A DNA stretch of 64,000 bases from Dehalococcoidia bacterium (GTDB taxonomy: Bacteria; Chloroflexota; Dehalococcoidia; UBA6926). The stretch's first letter is position 1. Each line of letters opens with the position of its first letter. Of this stretch, positions 1-18,986 are shown in pieces. Under the pieces are notes generated by a model, which worked only from the letters and a program-made list of their open reading frames with translations, was not told where the DNA came from and made no database searches. The position numbers were made by a program, and so were the translations under genes. The stretch lies in contig OZ242191.1 of NCBI GenBank assembly GCA_965205915.1, forward strand, positions 853,410 through 917,409. The letters are read 5' to 3'.

Positions 1-308
1 CCAGATCGAATTGGGACATGTCGACCGGCTCCAGCAAGCGCTCGATAGACCCCTCGTCAATCTTTTCTTGGGCAAGTCGGAGATCGTATTGCCTCTGGAG
101 ATTCAGCCAGTATTCAGGTGTCATGCAGAACGCGTAGCCGAGGCGCACAGCGGTTTCGGCAGTGATTGACCGCTCGCCGCCAATGATGCCGCTAACCTGC
201 GCCGGCGTCACCCCGATGGCCTTCGCAAGCTTGTGTGCCGTTAGGCCATTCTCGCTCAGTATCTCTGCCAGATGCTCACCCGGATGGATGGGGGGCCTGA
301 TCTTCATT
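1..308 (-). CDS. higA: HigA-type HTH (XRE-family) antitoxin; the window start cuts off its C-terminal codons, so it is partial
   Basis: Reverse-complement translation from the ATG at 306-308 reads MKIRPPIHPGEHLAEILSENGLTAHKLAKAIGVTPAQVSGIIGGERSITAETAVRLGYAFCMTPEYWLNLQRQYDLRLAQEKIDEG... This is a typical HigA/VapI HTH antidote. It lies 34 nt downstream of higB on the same strand, the classic toxin-first higBA order. The ORF runs off the window start, so it is missing from the ORF track. Confidence 0.6.
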
Positions 309-342
309 CGTCATCCTCCTAGCGTGAATTGTGATACCCCAC

Positions 343-624
343 CTAATGATAATCAACCACTTCCACGTCATATGCGCCCAAGCGGCTATCCCACGTGAAA
401 CACACGCGCCAGCGTTGGTTGATCCTTACGCTCCATTGGCCGGCCCGATTGCCTCTCAGTCGCTCAAGTCGGTCGCCACGTATTCTCGCCAAGTCGCGAA
501 GATCTTGTGCCGCGAGGACGCGATTCAGTTTTTCCTCCGCACGCGACTGAATTTCGGGCGGAACCGACCGCACGTCCATCCCAAGGGCCAATTGTTCAGT
601 GAGCCTGTTCTTGAAGCGATTCAT
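343..624 (-). CDS. higB: HigB toxin (RelE/ParE superfamily, plasmid maintenance system killer)
   Basis: 93 aa. Motifs ...LERLRGNRAGQWSVRINQRWRVCFTWDSRLGAYDVEVVDYH match the HigB killer-protein family. Followed by higA. Confidence 0.7.
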   Translation of the reverse strand: MNRFKNRLTEQLALGMDVRSVPPEIQSRAEEKLNRVLAAQDLRDLARIRGDRLERLRGNRAGQWSVRINQRWRVCFTWDSRLGAYDVEVVDYH

Positions 625-1041
625 ATGAGTAAAGCGTTACCGAGGCCAGTCTATGCTTTTGGCCGCGTGGCCCCACCCGCTCCGACTAAATCTCAGGCTA
701 CCAAGTGGGGGCGTCGGGTGGCGCCCTACTTCAGCAGCAGCTGAGGCCGCTGATGCTCTTGAGGTGGAGGGTGCGGGCCTTGGGTGAGGCGGCGGCGGGC
801 AACTCGGTCGTCACGGCGACGAATTCGATTGGCTGGTCTGCGCACGCGCAGGCGCCCTCGCAGCTACACGCATCGGCAAGCTCCCTGCCGTTTGCGCCCA
901 GTCGGATTAGTCCTTCAAGCTGCGTCGTAACCGCCATCGCTGCGCTCCCATCTATCCGTGGCTCAAAACGTAGATCACAAGTAGCTACGATCAGTATGCC
1001 ACGACCTCGTGCGGCTGACGGTACGAGGCCTTAGAACCCGC

Positions 1042-1539
1042 CTAGGCGCCAGGCAATCGGCCTGCGCCGCGCTGGTTGTGATTCGAGCGATCCTCAATGA
1101 CGTCGTTGACCTCAAGCGCATGGGCAGCCAGTCGTAACGCCGCCTCGCCGGCGGTCAGTGATCCGCCCTCCTCAGCCGGTTTAACGTGGATGAAGAAGTC
1201 ATCACCCATCTCCGGCGAAGGGAACTGATCGGGCCAGAAGAAGGTAAAACCTGACTGACGGGCTGTCTGTTGATCAAGGGGCCTGTCCCCGACATGCCAA
1301 TACGTGCTGAGATCCGGATACCGCTCCTTGAGTGTCGGCATGTGGTGCTTGAGAATCACGAAGTCAGGCTCAAGACCGTAACCGTTCCACATGAGCGTCT
1401 GCGAACTCTCCGGGCGATCCGACGCGCTGCCAACGATCGCGCCCTTTGAACGAAAGTATTCGACGTGCTCCCGTGTCAGGATGCCATTTGGATCACCGAA
1501 CTCCATCGTTCCGTCAATATCAAACGTGATTAGCCACAC
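1042..1539 (-). CDS. HAD-superfamily hydrolase (small phosphatase-like)
   Basis: N-terminal FDIDGT (DxDGT) nucleophile motif, 165 aa. Confidence 0.45.
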   Translation of the reverse strand: MWLITFDIDGTMEFGDPNGILTREHVEYFRSKGAIVGSASDRPESSQTLMWNGYGLEPDFVILKHHMPTLKERYPDLSTYWHVGDRPLDQQTARQSGFTFFWPDQFPSPEMGDDFFIHVKPAEEGGSLTAGEAALRLAAHALEVNDVIEDRSNHNQRGAGRLPGA

Positions 1540-1701
1540 GGCAATAACAACTCCCCAGAAAAAGAGTGGGTGGTTCCGCTACTGTACGTTCCAGCTACGT
1601 TTTGCGTCAAGACGCGGCGGTCGTCTTCAAATATTCGGTTATTCGTATTCACAAATCGCTCTGAGCAGCGGTGAATGAGCCTTACCGTACACAATTACCT
1701 G

Positions 1702-3128
<1,427 letters not shown>

Positions 3129-3129
<1 letters not shown>

Positions 3130-3626
3130 CAGGCCTCTGCCTCTAGCGCAACGATGACGTGCGCGGCAATCACATCCGCGCCACTCGCCGCGCTGCCCAA
3201 AGGCAGCCCTTCAAGGGTCTTAAATTTCAGGTTCAGCTTGTCTGGTTCCACATGAAGACTCATGGCAAGAGATTTGATCATGGCGTCACGGTAAGGGCCA
3301 AGGCGGGGCGCATCCGCATAGAGCGTAGCATCGGCATTTCCCAGCCGCAATTGACGCTCCTCCACCATGGCCGCCACGCCACGCAGCAAATCCATACTGT
3401 CCGCGTCCTTGTACGCCGGATCAGTACTTGGAAAATGCTGGCCGATGTCACCAAGCCCCGCCGCGCCAAGCAGCGCATCCGTCAATGCATGGGCAAGCGC
3501 ATCGCCGTCCGAGTGGCCAAGCAGGCCGCGATCGTGCTCAATCCTGACGCCGCCAAGAATCAACGTCCTGCCTTCCACGAGCGCGTGGCTATCGAACCCG
3601 AGTCCGACGCGCATTGCCGCCATCAC
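3129..3626 (-). CDS. ispF: 2-C-methyl-D-erythritol 2,4-cyclodiphosphate synthase
   Basis: GFDSHAL...GHSDGDALAHALTDALLGAAGLGDIGQHFP is the IspF signature. 165 aa. Its start overlaps cysS. Confidence 0.9.
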
Positions 3627-4348
3627 CGCGTTCCACTGAGGTCATCAGCGGACACGACGCCACGGCGATTAAGCACGGCCTTCGCGAACGCCACATCAAT
3701 AGGCGTGGTGACCTTGAGGTTGGACGGATCGCCTTCAAAGATGTGGACAGGCCACCCAAGCGCCTCGAAAAGACTTGCATCGTCCAGCAGCAGGTCGGCC
3801 GGCGCTTCTTTGTGCGCCCGTTTCAGCATGTCCGTCGAAAATGCTTGCGGCGTTTGCGCGGCGTAGAGCGTCGCCCTGTCCGGTGTTCGGACAATCAGGC
3901 CGCCCTGCCCCGCTTCCTTAATGGTGTCCTGCACGGGCACTGCGGGGATGGCTGCTCCGTGCTCTCGCGCCGCCTCAACGCCCCGCGCAATAAGCTCCGG
4001 CGTAACACAAGGGCGCGCGCCGTCATGCACAAGAGTGATTTCGTTCTCCGGCGCGGCGTTCAGACCGGCGAGGACGGACGCGCGTCGGGTCGCCCCTCCC
4101 GCGCGTACTGCCGCAACCTTGCACAGTCCCATTGATGCCACGAGGGATTCGCCTTTTCCTACGGATTCGGGCGCGACAACAAGGACAATGTGGTCGAGTT
4201 CAGGCGCATCTTCCATTGCGCGGAGCGAATAGGAGACCATCACACGGCCGAGTAGCGGCGCGAATGCCTTTTCCACTCCCCCCATGCGCTCGCCGGAGCC
4301 TGCGGCGACGATGATGCCAACGGTCGGCCGGTGCGATGTGCCGGTCAT
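3623..4348 (-). CDS. ispD: 2-C-methyl-D-erythritol 4-phosphate cytidylyltransferase
   Basis: VAAGSGERMG glycine-rich N-terminus typical of IspD. 4-nt overlap with ispF (operon ispD-ispF-cysS). Confidence 0.9.
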   Translation of the reverse strand: MTGTSHRPTVGIIVAAGSGERMGGVEKAFAPLLGRVMVSYSLRAMEDAPELDHIVLVVAPESVGKGESLVASMGLCKVAAVRAGGATRRASVLAGLNAAPENEITLVHDGARPCVTPELIARGVEAAREHGAAIPAVPVQDTIKEAGQGGLIVRTPDRATLYAAQTPQAFSTDMLKRAHKEAPADLLLDDASLFEALGWPVHIFEGDPSNLKVTTPIDVAFAKAVLNRRGVVSADDLSGTR

Positions 4349-6861
4349 TACCGGGTGACGAGGTTCAGGAGCCTGCCCGGGACATAGATGACGCGGGCCG
4401 GGTCTGTGCCGTTGAGGGCGGTCTGGATTTTTTCGCTACCCATCGCAGCCACCCGCGCATCGTCCTCGGCGATGTCCGCCGCGACGGTTAGCCTGTCGCG
4501 CAGTTTGCCGTCCACCTGCACGATGAGCGTGATTTCCTCGGATTTCGTCAGTGCGGAGTCGTAGTCAGGCCACGCCTGCTGATGGATGGAATACGGGTTG
4601 CCCGACGACTCCCAGAGTTCTTCTGTAAGATGCGGCGCGATGGGACATAGCAGAAGCAGCAGAGTGTCATACGCCTTGCGCCACTCCGGGCTTGTGGCCG
4701 CCGTTGGGCTATCCGATTCGATGCGTGACAGCGTGTTGGTGAAGGTCATCAACGCCGCAATCATCGTATTGAGTTGGAAGGATTCGATGTCCTCGGTCGC
4801 TTTCTGGATCGTGCGGTGCATCTCGCGAGTAAGCTCGGTGGCGATGTTGGGCGGCGCGGCGGCGCCCTCTGCACGGCATCGAACCTCGCACAGCTCCCAC
4901 ACGCGGTTGAACCAGCGCGGCACACCACGGATACCCTGCGTGCTCCACGCCCCGCCCTGATCCCACGGGCCGACGAACATCAGATAGGCGCGCACGGCGT
5001 CCGCGCCGAGTAAAACCGTCTGCTCGTCGGGATTCACGACGTTGCCGCGACTCTTGGACATCTTCTCGTGATCCTCACCGAGAATGACGCCCTGGTTGAA
5101 CAGCCGCTTGAACGGCTCATCAAACGAGAGTAGGCCCAGGTCGCGGAGCGCCTTTGTGAAGAATCGGGCATAGAGCAGGTGCATGACGGCGTGCTCCGCG
5201 CCGCCGGTGTAAAGATCGACGGGCGCCCACTTGGCTAGGTCCGCCGGGTCGAATGCCGCGTCAGTGCCGGCGTCCGGGCTTGTGTAGCGGAACTGGTACC
5301 ACGATGAGTCCACGAACGTGTCCATCGTGTCCGTCTCACGCTCCGCCTCGGCGTTGCCGCATTGGGGACACGTCGCGACGCGGAAACTGTCGTGATATTT
5401 CAGAGGCGACTCGCCCGTCGGAAGGAACTCGGCGTCGTCCGGTAATACGACCGGGAGTTGATCTTCCGGCACGGGCACAGTTCCACAGTGCGGGCAGTAG
5501 ATAATCGGTATCGGCGTGCCCCAATATCGTTGACGCGAGACAAGCCAGTCGCGCATCCGATAGGACACTGTCGGTCCGCCCCAACCGTTTTCTTCCAGAT
5601 GCCGCGCGACAGCTGCCTTGCCGTCCTCGTTCGGCAGTCCGGTGAATGGGCCCGAATTGACCATGGCGCCGGGCTCGATATACGCCTCACTCAACGGCTC
5701 TCCGTCGTAGTCCGCGGGGGCAATCACAACCTCAATCGGAATGTCGTACTTCGTTGCGAATTCAAAGTCTCGTTGGTCGTGAGCCGGCACGCCCATGACC
5801 GCGCCCGTGCCATACGTGGCCAGCGCATAGTCGGCGATCCACAGCGCGACCTTTTGTCCGTTGAGGCGATTAACGCAATACGTGCCGAGTGGCACGCCGG
5901 TCTTTTCCTTATCGACGGCAAGCCGCTCGATTTCAGTGAGGCGGCGGGCCTGCGCCACATACTCCTCCACGTCGGCGCGCTGCTCATCAGTCGTGAGAGC
6001 GGATACGAGGGGATGCTCAGGCGCGAGCACCATGAACGTGACGCCGTAAGCCGTATCGGGCCGCGTCGTAAACACACGCAGATCGTCAACATCCACGCCC
6101 GGAACATCCAGGCCAAACGAAATCTCCGCTCCCTCAGAGCGCCCGATCCAATTGGTCTGCATCAGGTTGATGCGCTCAGGCCAATCGATCTTCGAGTGGT
6201 CCAGCAACTCCTCCGCGTAGTCCGTGATGCGGAAGAACCACTGCTCAAGGTCGCGCTGATAGACGGCCGTTCCGCAGCGTTCGCACGTGCCGTCCGGCAT
6301 CACCTGCTCACGGGCGAGCGTCGTCTGATCCTTCTCACACCAGTTAACCGGGGCCATGGCGCGGTAGGCCAGACCCTTCTCATAGAGCTTGAGGAAGAAG
6401 TACTGGTTCCACTTGTAGTACTCAGGCAGGCAGGTGATGACCTCGCGCCGCCAGTCGTAGCTTGCGCCGATGGTCTTGAGTTGGGCGCGCATCCGCTCCA
6501 CGTTGTCCAACGTCCACGTCTGAGGGTGGATGCCGCGCTGAATGGCCGCATTCTCGGCGGGCAGGCCAAAGGCATCGAACCCCATCGGATGGAGGACGTT
6601 GTAGCCGCGCATCCGCATATAGCGGGCTTGGGCATCCGCCGGCGCCTCCGCGTACCAGTGGCCGACGTGGAGATCGCCCGAAGTGTAGGGGAACATGGTC
6701 AGGGCGTACCACGTGGGGCGCGAATCGTCCGATTTGGCCTCATGAAGGCCGTCCGCCTCCCAGCGTTCCTGCCACTTTCGATCAAGCGCGAGAGGATCGT
6801 ATTTGAGGTTATATGGATTGTCCGCGCGCCTCTCCACTGTCATCGATGTGCTGTCCCCCAC
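4348..6861 (-). CDS. leuS: leucyl-tRNA synthetase
   Basis: 837 aa. HVGHWYAEAP (HIGH-like), KMSKSRGN, CP1 editing-domain sequences. Confidence 0.95.
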   Translation of the reverse strand: MGDSTSMTVERRADNPYNLKYDPLALDRKWQERWEADGLHEAKSDDSRPTWYALTMFPYTSGDLHVGHWYAEAPADAQARYMRMRGYNVLHPMGFDAFGLPAENAAIQRGIHPQTWTLDNVERMRAQLKTIGASYDWRREVITCLPEYYKWNQYFFLKLYEKGLAYRAMAPVNWCEKDQTTLAREQVMPDGTCERCGTAVYQRDLEQWFFRITDYAEELLDHSKIDWPERINLMQTNWIGRSEGAEISFGLDVPGVDVDDLRVFTTRPDTAYGVTFMVLAPEHPLVSALTTDEQRADVEEYVAQARRLTEIERLAVDKEKTGVPLGTYCVNRLNGQKVALWIADYALATYGTGAVMGVPAHDQRDFEFATKYDIPIEVVIAPADYDGEPLSEAYIEPGAMVNSGPFTGLPNEDGKAAVARHLEENGWGGPTVSYRMRDWLVSRQRYWGTPIPIIYCPHCGTVPVPEDQLPVVLPDDAEFLPTGESPLKYHDSFRVATCPQCGNAEAERETDTMDTFVDSSWYQFRYTSPDAGTDAAFDPADLAKWAPVDLYTGGAEHAVMHLLYARFFTKALRDLGLLSFDEPFKRLFNQGVILGEDHEKMSKSRGNVVNPDEQTVLLGADAVRAYLMFVGPWDQGGAWSTQGIRGVPRWFNRVWELCEVRCRAEGAAAPPNIATELTREMHRTIQKATEDIESFQLNTMIAALMTFTNTLSRIESDSPTAATSPEWRKAYDTLLLLLCPIAPHLTEELWESSGNPYSIHQQAWPDYDSALTKSEEITLIVQVDGKLRDRLTVAADIAEDDARVAAMGSEKIQTALNGTDPARVIYVPGRLLNLVTR

Positions 6862-6957
6862 GTACTGGTTGAGATGCCGATAATGCCCGTTCAGTATACA
6901 GGGCGGCTCTCCGAGACAGGCTTTCGGCGCCTATACTGAAGTAGCGCAGGGGCAGCG

Positions 6958-7440
6958 ATGAATTACCTGGTTGAAAAGGTGTCTGAAGACGCCGAGACGA
7001 AGCAAAGCGTGCTCATTCTCCGACGCGTGGAGGGTGAGGACAGGCTGGCGCTGAACGTCCAGGAGCGGGAAGCCGTCGTGCTCGGCAGCCTCTTGGCCAA
7101 GGACGGGATGCCGGACACAGCTGTGCTGGAGCATCTGCGTGATACGGCCTCCCGACGCGCGGGCGCCGTCGTCGGCATCCGCCTCCTGATGATCGATACT
7201 CGCGACGGCCCTGCTCTGACGCCCGTGCTGGTCATGCGGCAAACCGATTCCTCCCTAGAACAGGCGATACCGGCTTCACTAGCGCACGCCGCCGCGTGGT
7301 CACTGGCACTGAACCTGCCATTTGAAATCGACGACGAACTTGTGGCGACACTACAGTCCATCGTCACCATCATCCCCGGAGAACCCCCAAGCGGCTTCCG
7401 CGAGCTACTAGAAGGTCTGGATGAGATAGATAGGGTTTAG
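6958..7440 (+). CDS. hypothetical protein; its C-terminal ~43 aa module is duplicated downstream
   Basis: 160 aa ORF divergent from leuS. The C-terminal LNLPFEIDDELVATLQSIVTIIPGEPPSGFRELLEGLDEIDRV recurs in the ORF at 7561-7770. Confidence 0.4.
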   Translation: MNYLVEKVSEDAETKQSVLILRRVEGEDRLALNVQEREAVVLGSLLAKDGMPDTAVLEHLRDTASRRAGAVVGIRLLMIDTRDGPALTPVLVMRQTDSSLEQAIPASLAHAAAWSLALNLPFEIDDELVATLQSIVTIIPGEPPSGFRELLEGLDEIDRV

Positions 7441-7560
7441 GGGGAGGCGCGGCTTGCTGAATCACTGTGGCTGGTAGTGACGCTCAGCATTTTTGGCCAC
7501 ACTTCGCAGAACTCACTTGTGCGAGCCGAGTCAAGCGCCACATTGGTATTCACGGCGTGA

Positions 7561-7770
7561 ATGATAATCATTCATGGCTTGACGATGGAATCACTGCCTC
7601 GGCCTCATTGGCCCACGCAGTTGCCTGTCCCGTCGCCCCTCAACCTGCCATTTGAAATCGACGACGAACTCGTAGCGACGCTGCAATCCGTCGTCACCGT
7701 CATCCCCGGAGAACCCCCAAGCGGCTTCCGAGAACTACTAGCAGGGCTGGATGAGATAGACCGGGTTTAG
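7561..7770 (+). CDS. small ORF (69 aa) carrying a second copy of the LNLPFEIDDELVATLQS..GLDEIDRV module
   Basis: About 125 nt (7646-7770) is ~90% identical to 7316-7440. The nucleotide differences keep the frame and are mostly synonymous or conservative. Confidence 0.3.
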   Translation: MIIIHGLTMESLPRPHWPTQLPVPSPLNLPFEIDDELVATLQSVVTVIPGEPPSGFRELLAGLDEIDRV

Positions 7771-7842
7771 AGGTCCCTCCCGGTTCACAGAATCGCTTAC
7801 ATAAAGTAATATTCACAGCACGACACGATAAACTCCTCCACG

Positions 7843-9663
7843 ATGACCACCGCCACCAACTACTACGATGTCTTGGGCGTTCATCACGACGCCTCACCTG
7901 ACGACATCAAGAAAGCGTATCGCCAAGCCGCCAAAGCGGCCCATCCCGACAAGAATCAGGAGGGCGACGCCAACAAACGGACGGCCGCCATAAACGAGGC
8001 ATACGAAGTCCTTTCCGACCCCGATAAGAGAGACGCGCACGACAAGGAACTGTCCAACCAACCCAAACAAGAGACGCGCACGACAAGCAGACCTGACAGT
8101 AGCGACAGCCATTACGGGGGTCCCTCTTGGCGGGACGACGCACGACAGCGGGCTGAAGCAAAAAGTCCCTTCGAAGAAGAGGCTCGACGACAAGCCGAAG
8201 CATATCGTCAACGCCAGGAAGAGGCCGGACAACGGCAGGAGAGACAGCGTCAAAGCGAGCAGGGGCGTTGGGCCGGGGATAGGAAGGCGCGTGAAGAACG
8301 GGATGGGCGCGTAAGAGCAGAGCAGCAAGCGCAAGAAGCCAGAGCTCGGTCGGAGACTCAGCGACTGGCCGAAGAGCTTCGCCAAAGGAGAGAGGCAAGA
8401 AGGCGGTCTGAAGAGGCGGCGCGGAGAGCAGAGGAACTCCGTAGGCGCCTTGAGGTACAGGAGGCCGCGAAGCGGGCCGCGGATCAGCGGAGAGCAGAGG
8501 AACTCCGTAGGCGCCTTGAGGGGGTACAGGAGGCCGCAAAGCAGGTGCAGGCTGCCCTCGAACAAGCTCGGTCCATTTGGAGGAGGGCGGCTGATCGACG
8601 AGAAGAATCTAGGCAACTCTCCAACTATGAGTCCCAAGCCGAGGAAAAACGTCGCGCGAGGTGGATGGCGGCTGATCGACAAGAAGAATCTGGGCGACTC
8701 TCCAACTATGAGTTCCAAGCCGAGGAAAAACGTCGCGCGAGGTGGATGGCGGCTGATCGACAAGAAGAATCTGGGCGACTCTCCAACTATGAGTTCCAAG
8801 CCGAGGAAAAACGTCGCGCGAGGTGGAGCGGCGCCTATCCTGAAGCCCACGCGAGGCCATTGAGCCGCGCGTCGGTCAATACAGAACAACCTCCCGCCAA
8901 GGCTCACAGCCTTTCTAATGTGCGCCCACAAAGTCGGAATCCAATTAAAGTAGTTCGCTCAATCTGGAGATTGGTGTCTTCGGCCGGCAGGGTAGGGCTG
9001 CGGCAGCCAGAGCAGGACTCACACCATGCCAGGGAGGCGGCGCAACTGCGAATAGCATGGGAAATTCGAAAGGAAGAGTTGCACTTGACCGAGATTGCTC
9101 GGCTTCACGAAGAGCAATTGGAGGCGGCGCAACTGCGAATAGCATGGGAAATTCGAAAGGAAGAATTGCGCTTGACCGAGATTGCTCGACTTCACGAAGA
9201 GCAATTGGAGGCGGCACGACGTGCCGCATGGGAAAGCCGAAAGGAAGAATTGCGCTTGGCCGAGATTGCTCGACTTCACCGAGAGCAATCGGAGGCAAGA
9301 GCGGGTGAACACGCCAATCAGGGCCTCGCCTGCGTCCTGAAGGGAGACTTTGAGCGAGCGATTGCTGAGTTTTCGAACTCATTCGCGCTGGATCCCAAAG
9401 CCGCTCCGCTGCTTGTCGCAAGAGGCGCTGTGTACAGCGCCATGGGGCGGAACGTGGCGGCAATTGAAGATTTTTCAGACGCCCTCAGGCACAACCCCGA
9501 CGACGCGTCGGTGCTAGGCCAGCGGGCAGAAGCATATGTGAAGCAAAGGCAATATGGCCTTGCGCTGGGCGACCTCAATGTAGCACTGGGTCTGGACCCT
9601 CAGAATCGTGACTATTTGCGGCGGCGGGCCGAAGTCAACACGCAGCTGGGCAATTGGCGATAG
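7843..9663 (+). CDS. J-domain (DnaJ-like) protein with a charged coiled-coil repeat region and C-terminal TPR repeats
   Basis: N-terminal YYDVLGV...AYRQAAKAAHPDKN...EAYEVLSDPDKR J-domain. Three families of in-frame tandem repeats: 2 x ~65 nt, 3 x 81 nt and 3 x 87 nt. C-terminal TPR-like helices (AIAEFSNSFALDP... ALGDLNVALGLDP). Confidence 0.7.
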   Translation: MTTATNYYDVLGVHHDASPDDIKKAYRQAAKAAHPDKNQEGDANKRTAAINEAYEVLSDPDKRDAHDKELSNQPKQETRTTSRPDSSDSHYGGPSWRDDARQRAEAKSPFEEEARRQAEAYRQRQEEAGQRQERQRQSEQGRWAGDRKAREERDGRVRAEQQAQEARARSETQRLAEELRQRREARRRSEEAARRAEELRRRLEVQEAAKRAADQRRAEELRRRLEGVQEAAKQVQAALEQARSIWRRAADRREESRQLSNYESQAEEKRRARWMAADRQEESGRLSNYEFQAEEKRRARWMAADRQEESGRLSNYEFQAEEKRRARWSGAYPEAHARPLSRASVNTEQPPAKAHSLSNVRPQSRNPIKVVRSIWRLVSSAGRVGLRQPEQDSHHAREAAQLRIAWEIRKEELHLTEIARLHEEQLEAAQLRIAWEIRKEELRLTEIARLHEEQLEAARRAAWESRKEELRLAEIARLHREQSEARAGEHANQGLACVLKGDFERAIAEFSNSFALDPKAAPLLVARGAVYSAMGRNVAAIEDFSDALRHNPDDASVLGQRAEAYVKQRQYGLALGDLNVALGLDPQNRDYLRRRAEVNTQLGNWR

Positions 9664-9909
9664 GCTGACATGAATCGTCGGCAGGCTGATGAGTTGGTTG
9701 CCTTGAGTGACACGGGGCCCGCCAGACCGGAACCCTCGGCCGGAATTGACGCCCCTGCCATTTGACCTTTGCGGACGTGTGCTATAGTATTCGATTGTGC
9801 TTGGGTTGATGCCGGCCCGCTAGATCACATTGGATGTGCCTGCTTCGCTGGGAGAAGAACGCCCCGCGAGCAGGCTTTTTGTGTCTCTAAAGAGAGAGAG
9901 GAGCGCCGA

Positions 9910-18073
<8,164 letters not shown>

Positions 18074-18161
18074 ACTCCCAATCCCGCCAGTAACCGGTAC
18101 ACAAAAGGTCGGGGCGGCGCAATGCGCCGCTCCGACTCAGGTTTTGACACAGTAAGCCGCG

Positions 18162-18893
18162 TTGCCTATCCTTGCGGGCGTGTTGTCTATACGATTCATC
18201 CAGGCGCTCGGCATCGCCGTGCTCATTGCCCTACCCGCCCTGTTCATCACGACGAACGTCCGCATCGCATTCCAGAGCCAGACTCTGTACACCTACGCAA
18301 TCGATGCGTTCGACGCGCCGGAACGCATGGGCGTCGAACGGGAGGAGCTCGTCAAGGGCACGGCGGGCCTCATCGACTACTTTGAGTCCAACGAGGATTT
18401 GATCACAACTGAAATAATCGTCTACGGCATCAGCGAGCCCCTCTTCACGGAACGGGAGGCCATACATTTCCGCGACGTTCGCGACCTGCTGAAACGTGTC
18501 TACTTCGTGCAGGCTGTCGCCACGCTGATTGTCCTTGCGGCAGTCATTGCAGCGATAGTTGCCGCGGCCGGAGGGAGGCCCGAACTGGCGTCAATCATCT
18601 TTCGACGAATACGGCAGAGCGCAGTTTGGACCGTCATCGCAATCGCCGCCATCGGCCTGATCGCGGCGCTGGGCGGGTTCAACTTCCTCTTCCTGCAATT
18701 CCACCTGCTCAGCTTCTCCAACGATCTCTGGCAGGGCACGGCAAGCGACAGGATGATTCAACTCTTCCCGCAGCTCTTTTTCCTGCAAGCGACGTTGCTC
18801 ATTGGTCTGGCCACAGTTGTGGAGATGGCCGTAGTGTGGGCAGGCGCGACGGTGTCGCTGAGAGGAATGGGTTCGCCAAAACGCTTGTCTTGA
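18162..18893 (+). CDS. TIGR01906/DUF1461-family integral membrane protein
   Basis: Multi-pass membrane protein with the conserved FTEREAIHFRDVRDL block of the DUF1461 family. TTG/GTG start region 18162-18179. Confidence 0.55.
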   Translation: MPILAGVLSIRFIQALGIAVLIALPALFITTNVRIAFQSQTLYTYAIDAFDAPERMGVEREELVKGTAGLIDYFESNEDLITTEIIVYGISEPLFTEREAIHFRDVRDLLKRVYFVQAVATLIVLAAVIAAIVAAAGGRPELASIIFRRIRQSAVWTVIAIAAIGLIAALGGFNFLFLQFHLLSFSNDLWQGTASDRMIQLFPQLFFLQATLLIGLATVVEMAVVWAGATVSLRGMGSPKRLS

Positions 18894-18986
18894 CTCGGAT
18901 ACTCGGGAGTCTGCAACGATGGAGGACGAAATAAGGGCTGAAATTCGTGCCATAATGGGTACTGCTGGAGTGGGAAGGCGCAACGT

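Noticed and set aside
731-937. 68-aa Cys-rich ORF (…CSCEGACACADQP…CC) in the 400-nt gap between higB and the HAD hydrolase, which looked like a possible small peptide precursor
   Set aside because: It has no RBS and overlaps two other equally long ORFs on the opposite strand. The high Cys content is explained by GC-rich tgc/gca runs. There are no neighbouring modification-enzyme genes.
5458-6939. 493-aa plus-strand ORF, and many other long ORFs antisense to leuS, rpoB, rpoC (e.g. 10123-11199, 14723-15454) and other genes
   Set aside because: These are typical stop-codon-poor antisense frames of very high-GC coding DNA. Their products are Arg/Ala/Pro-rich with no motifs, while the opposite-strand genes are unambiguous.
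8424-9297. Possible CRISPR array suggested by multiple direct repeats
   Set aside because: The repeats are contiguous with no spacers. They are in frame inside a J-domain/TPR gene and encode coiled-coil peptide repeats. This is not a CRISPR array.
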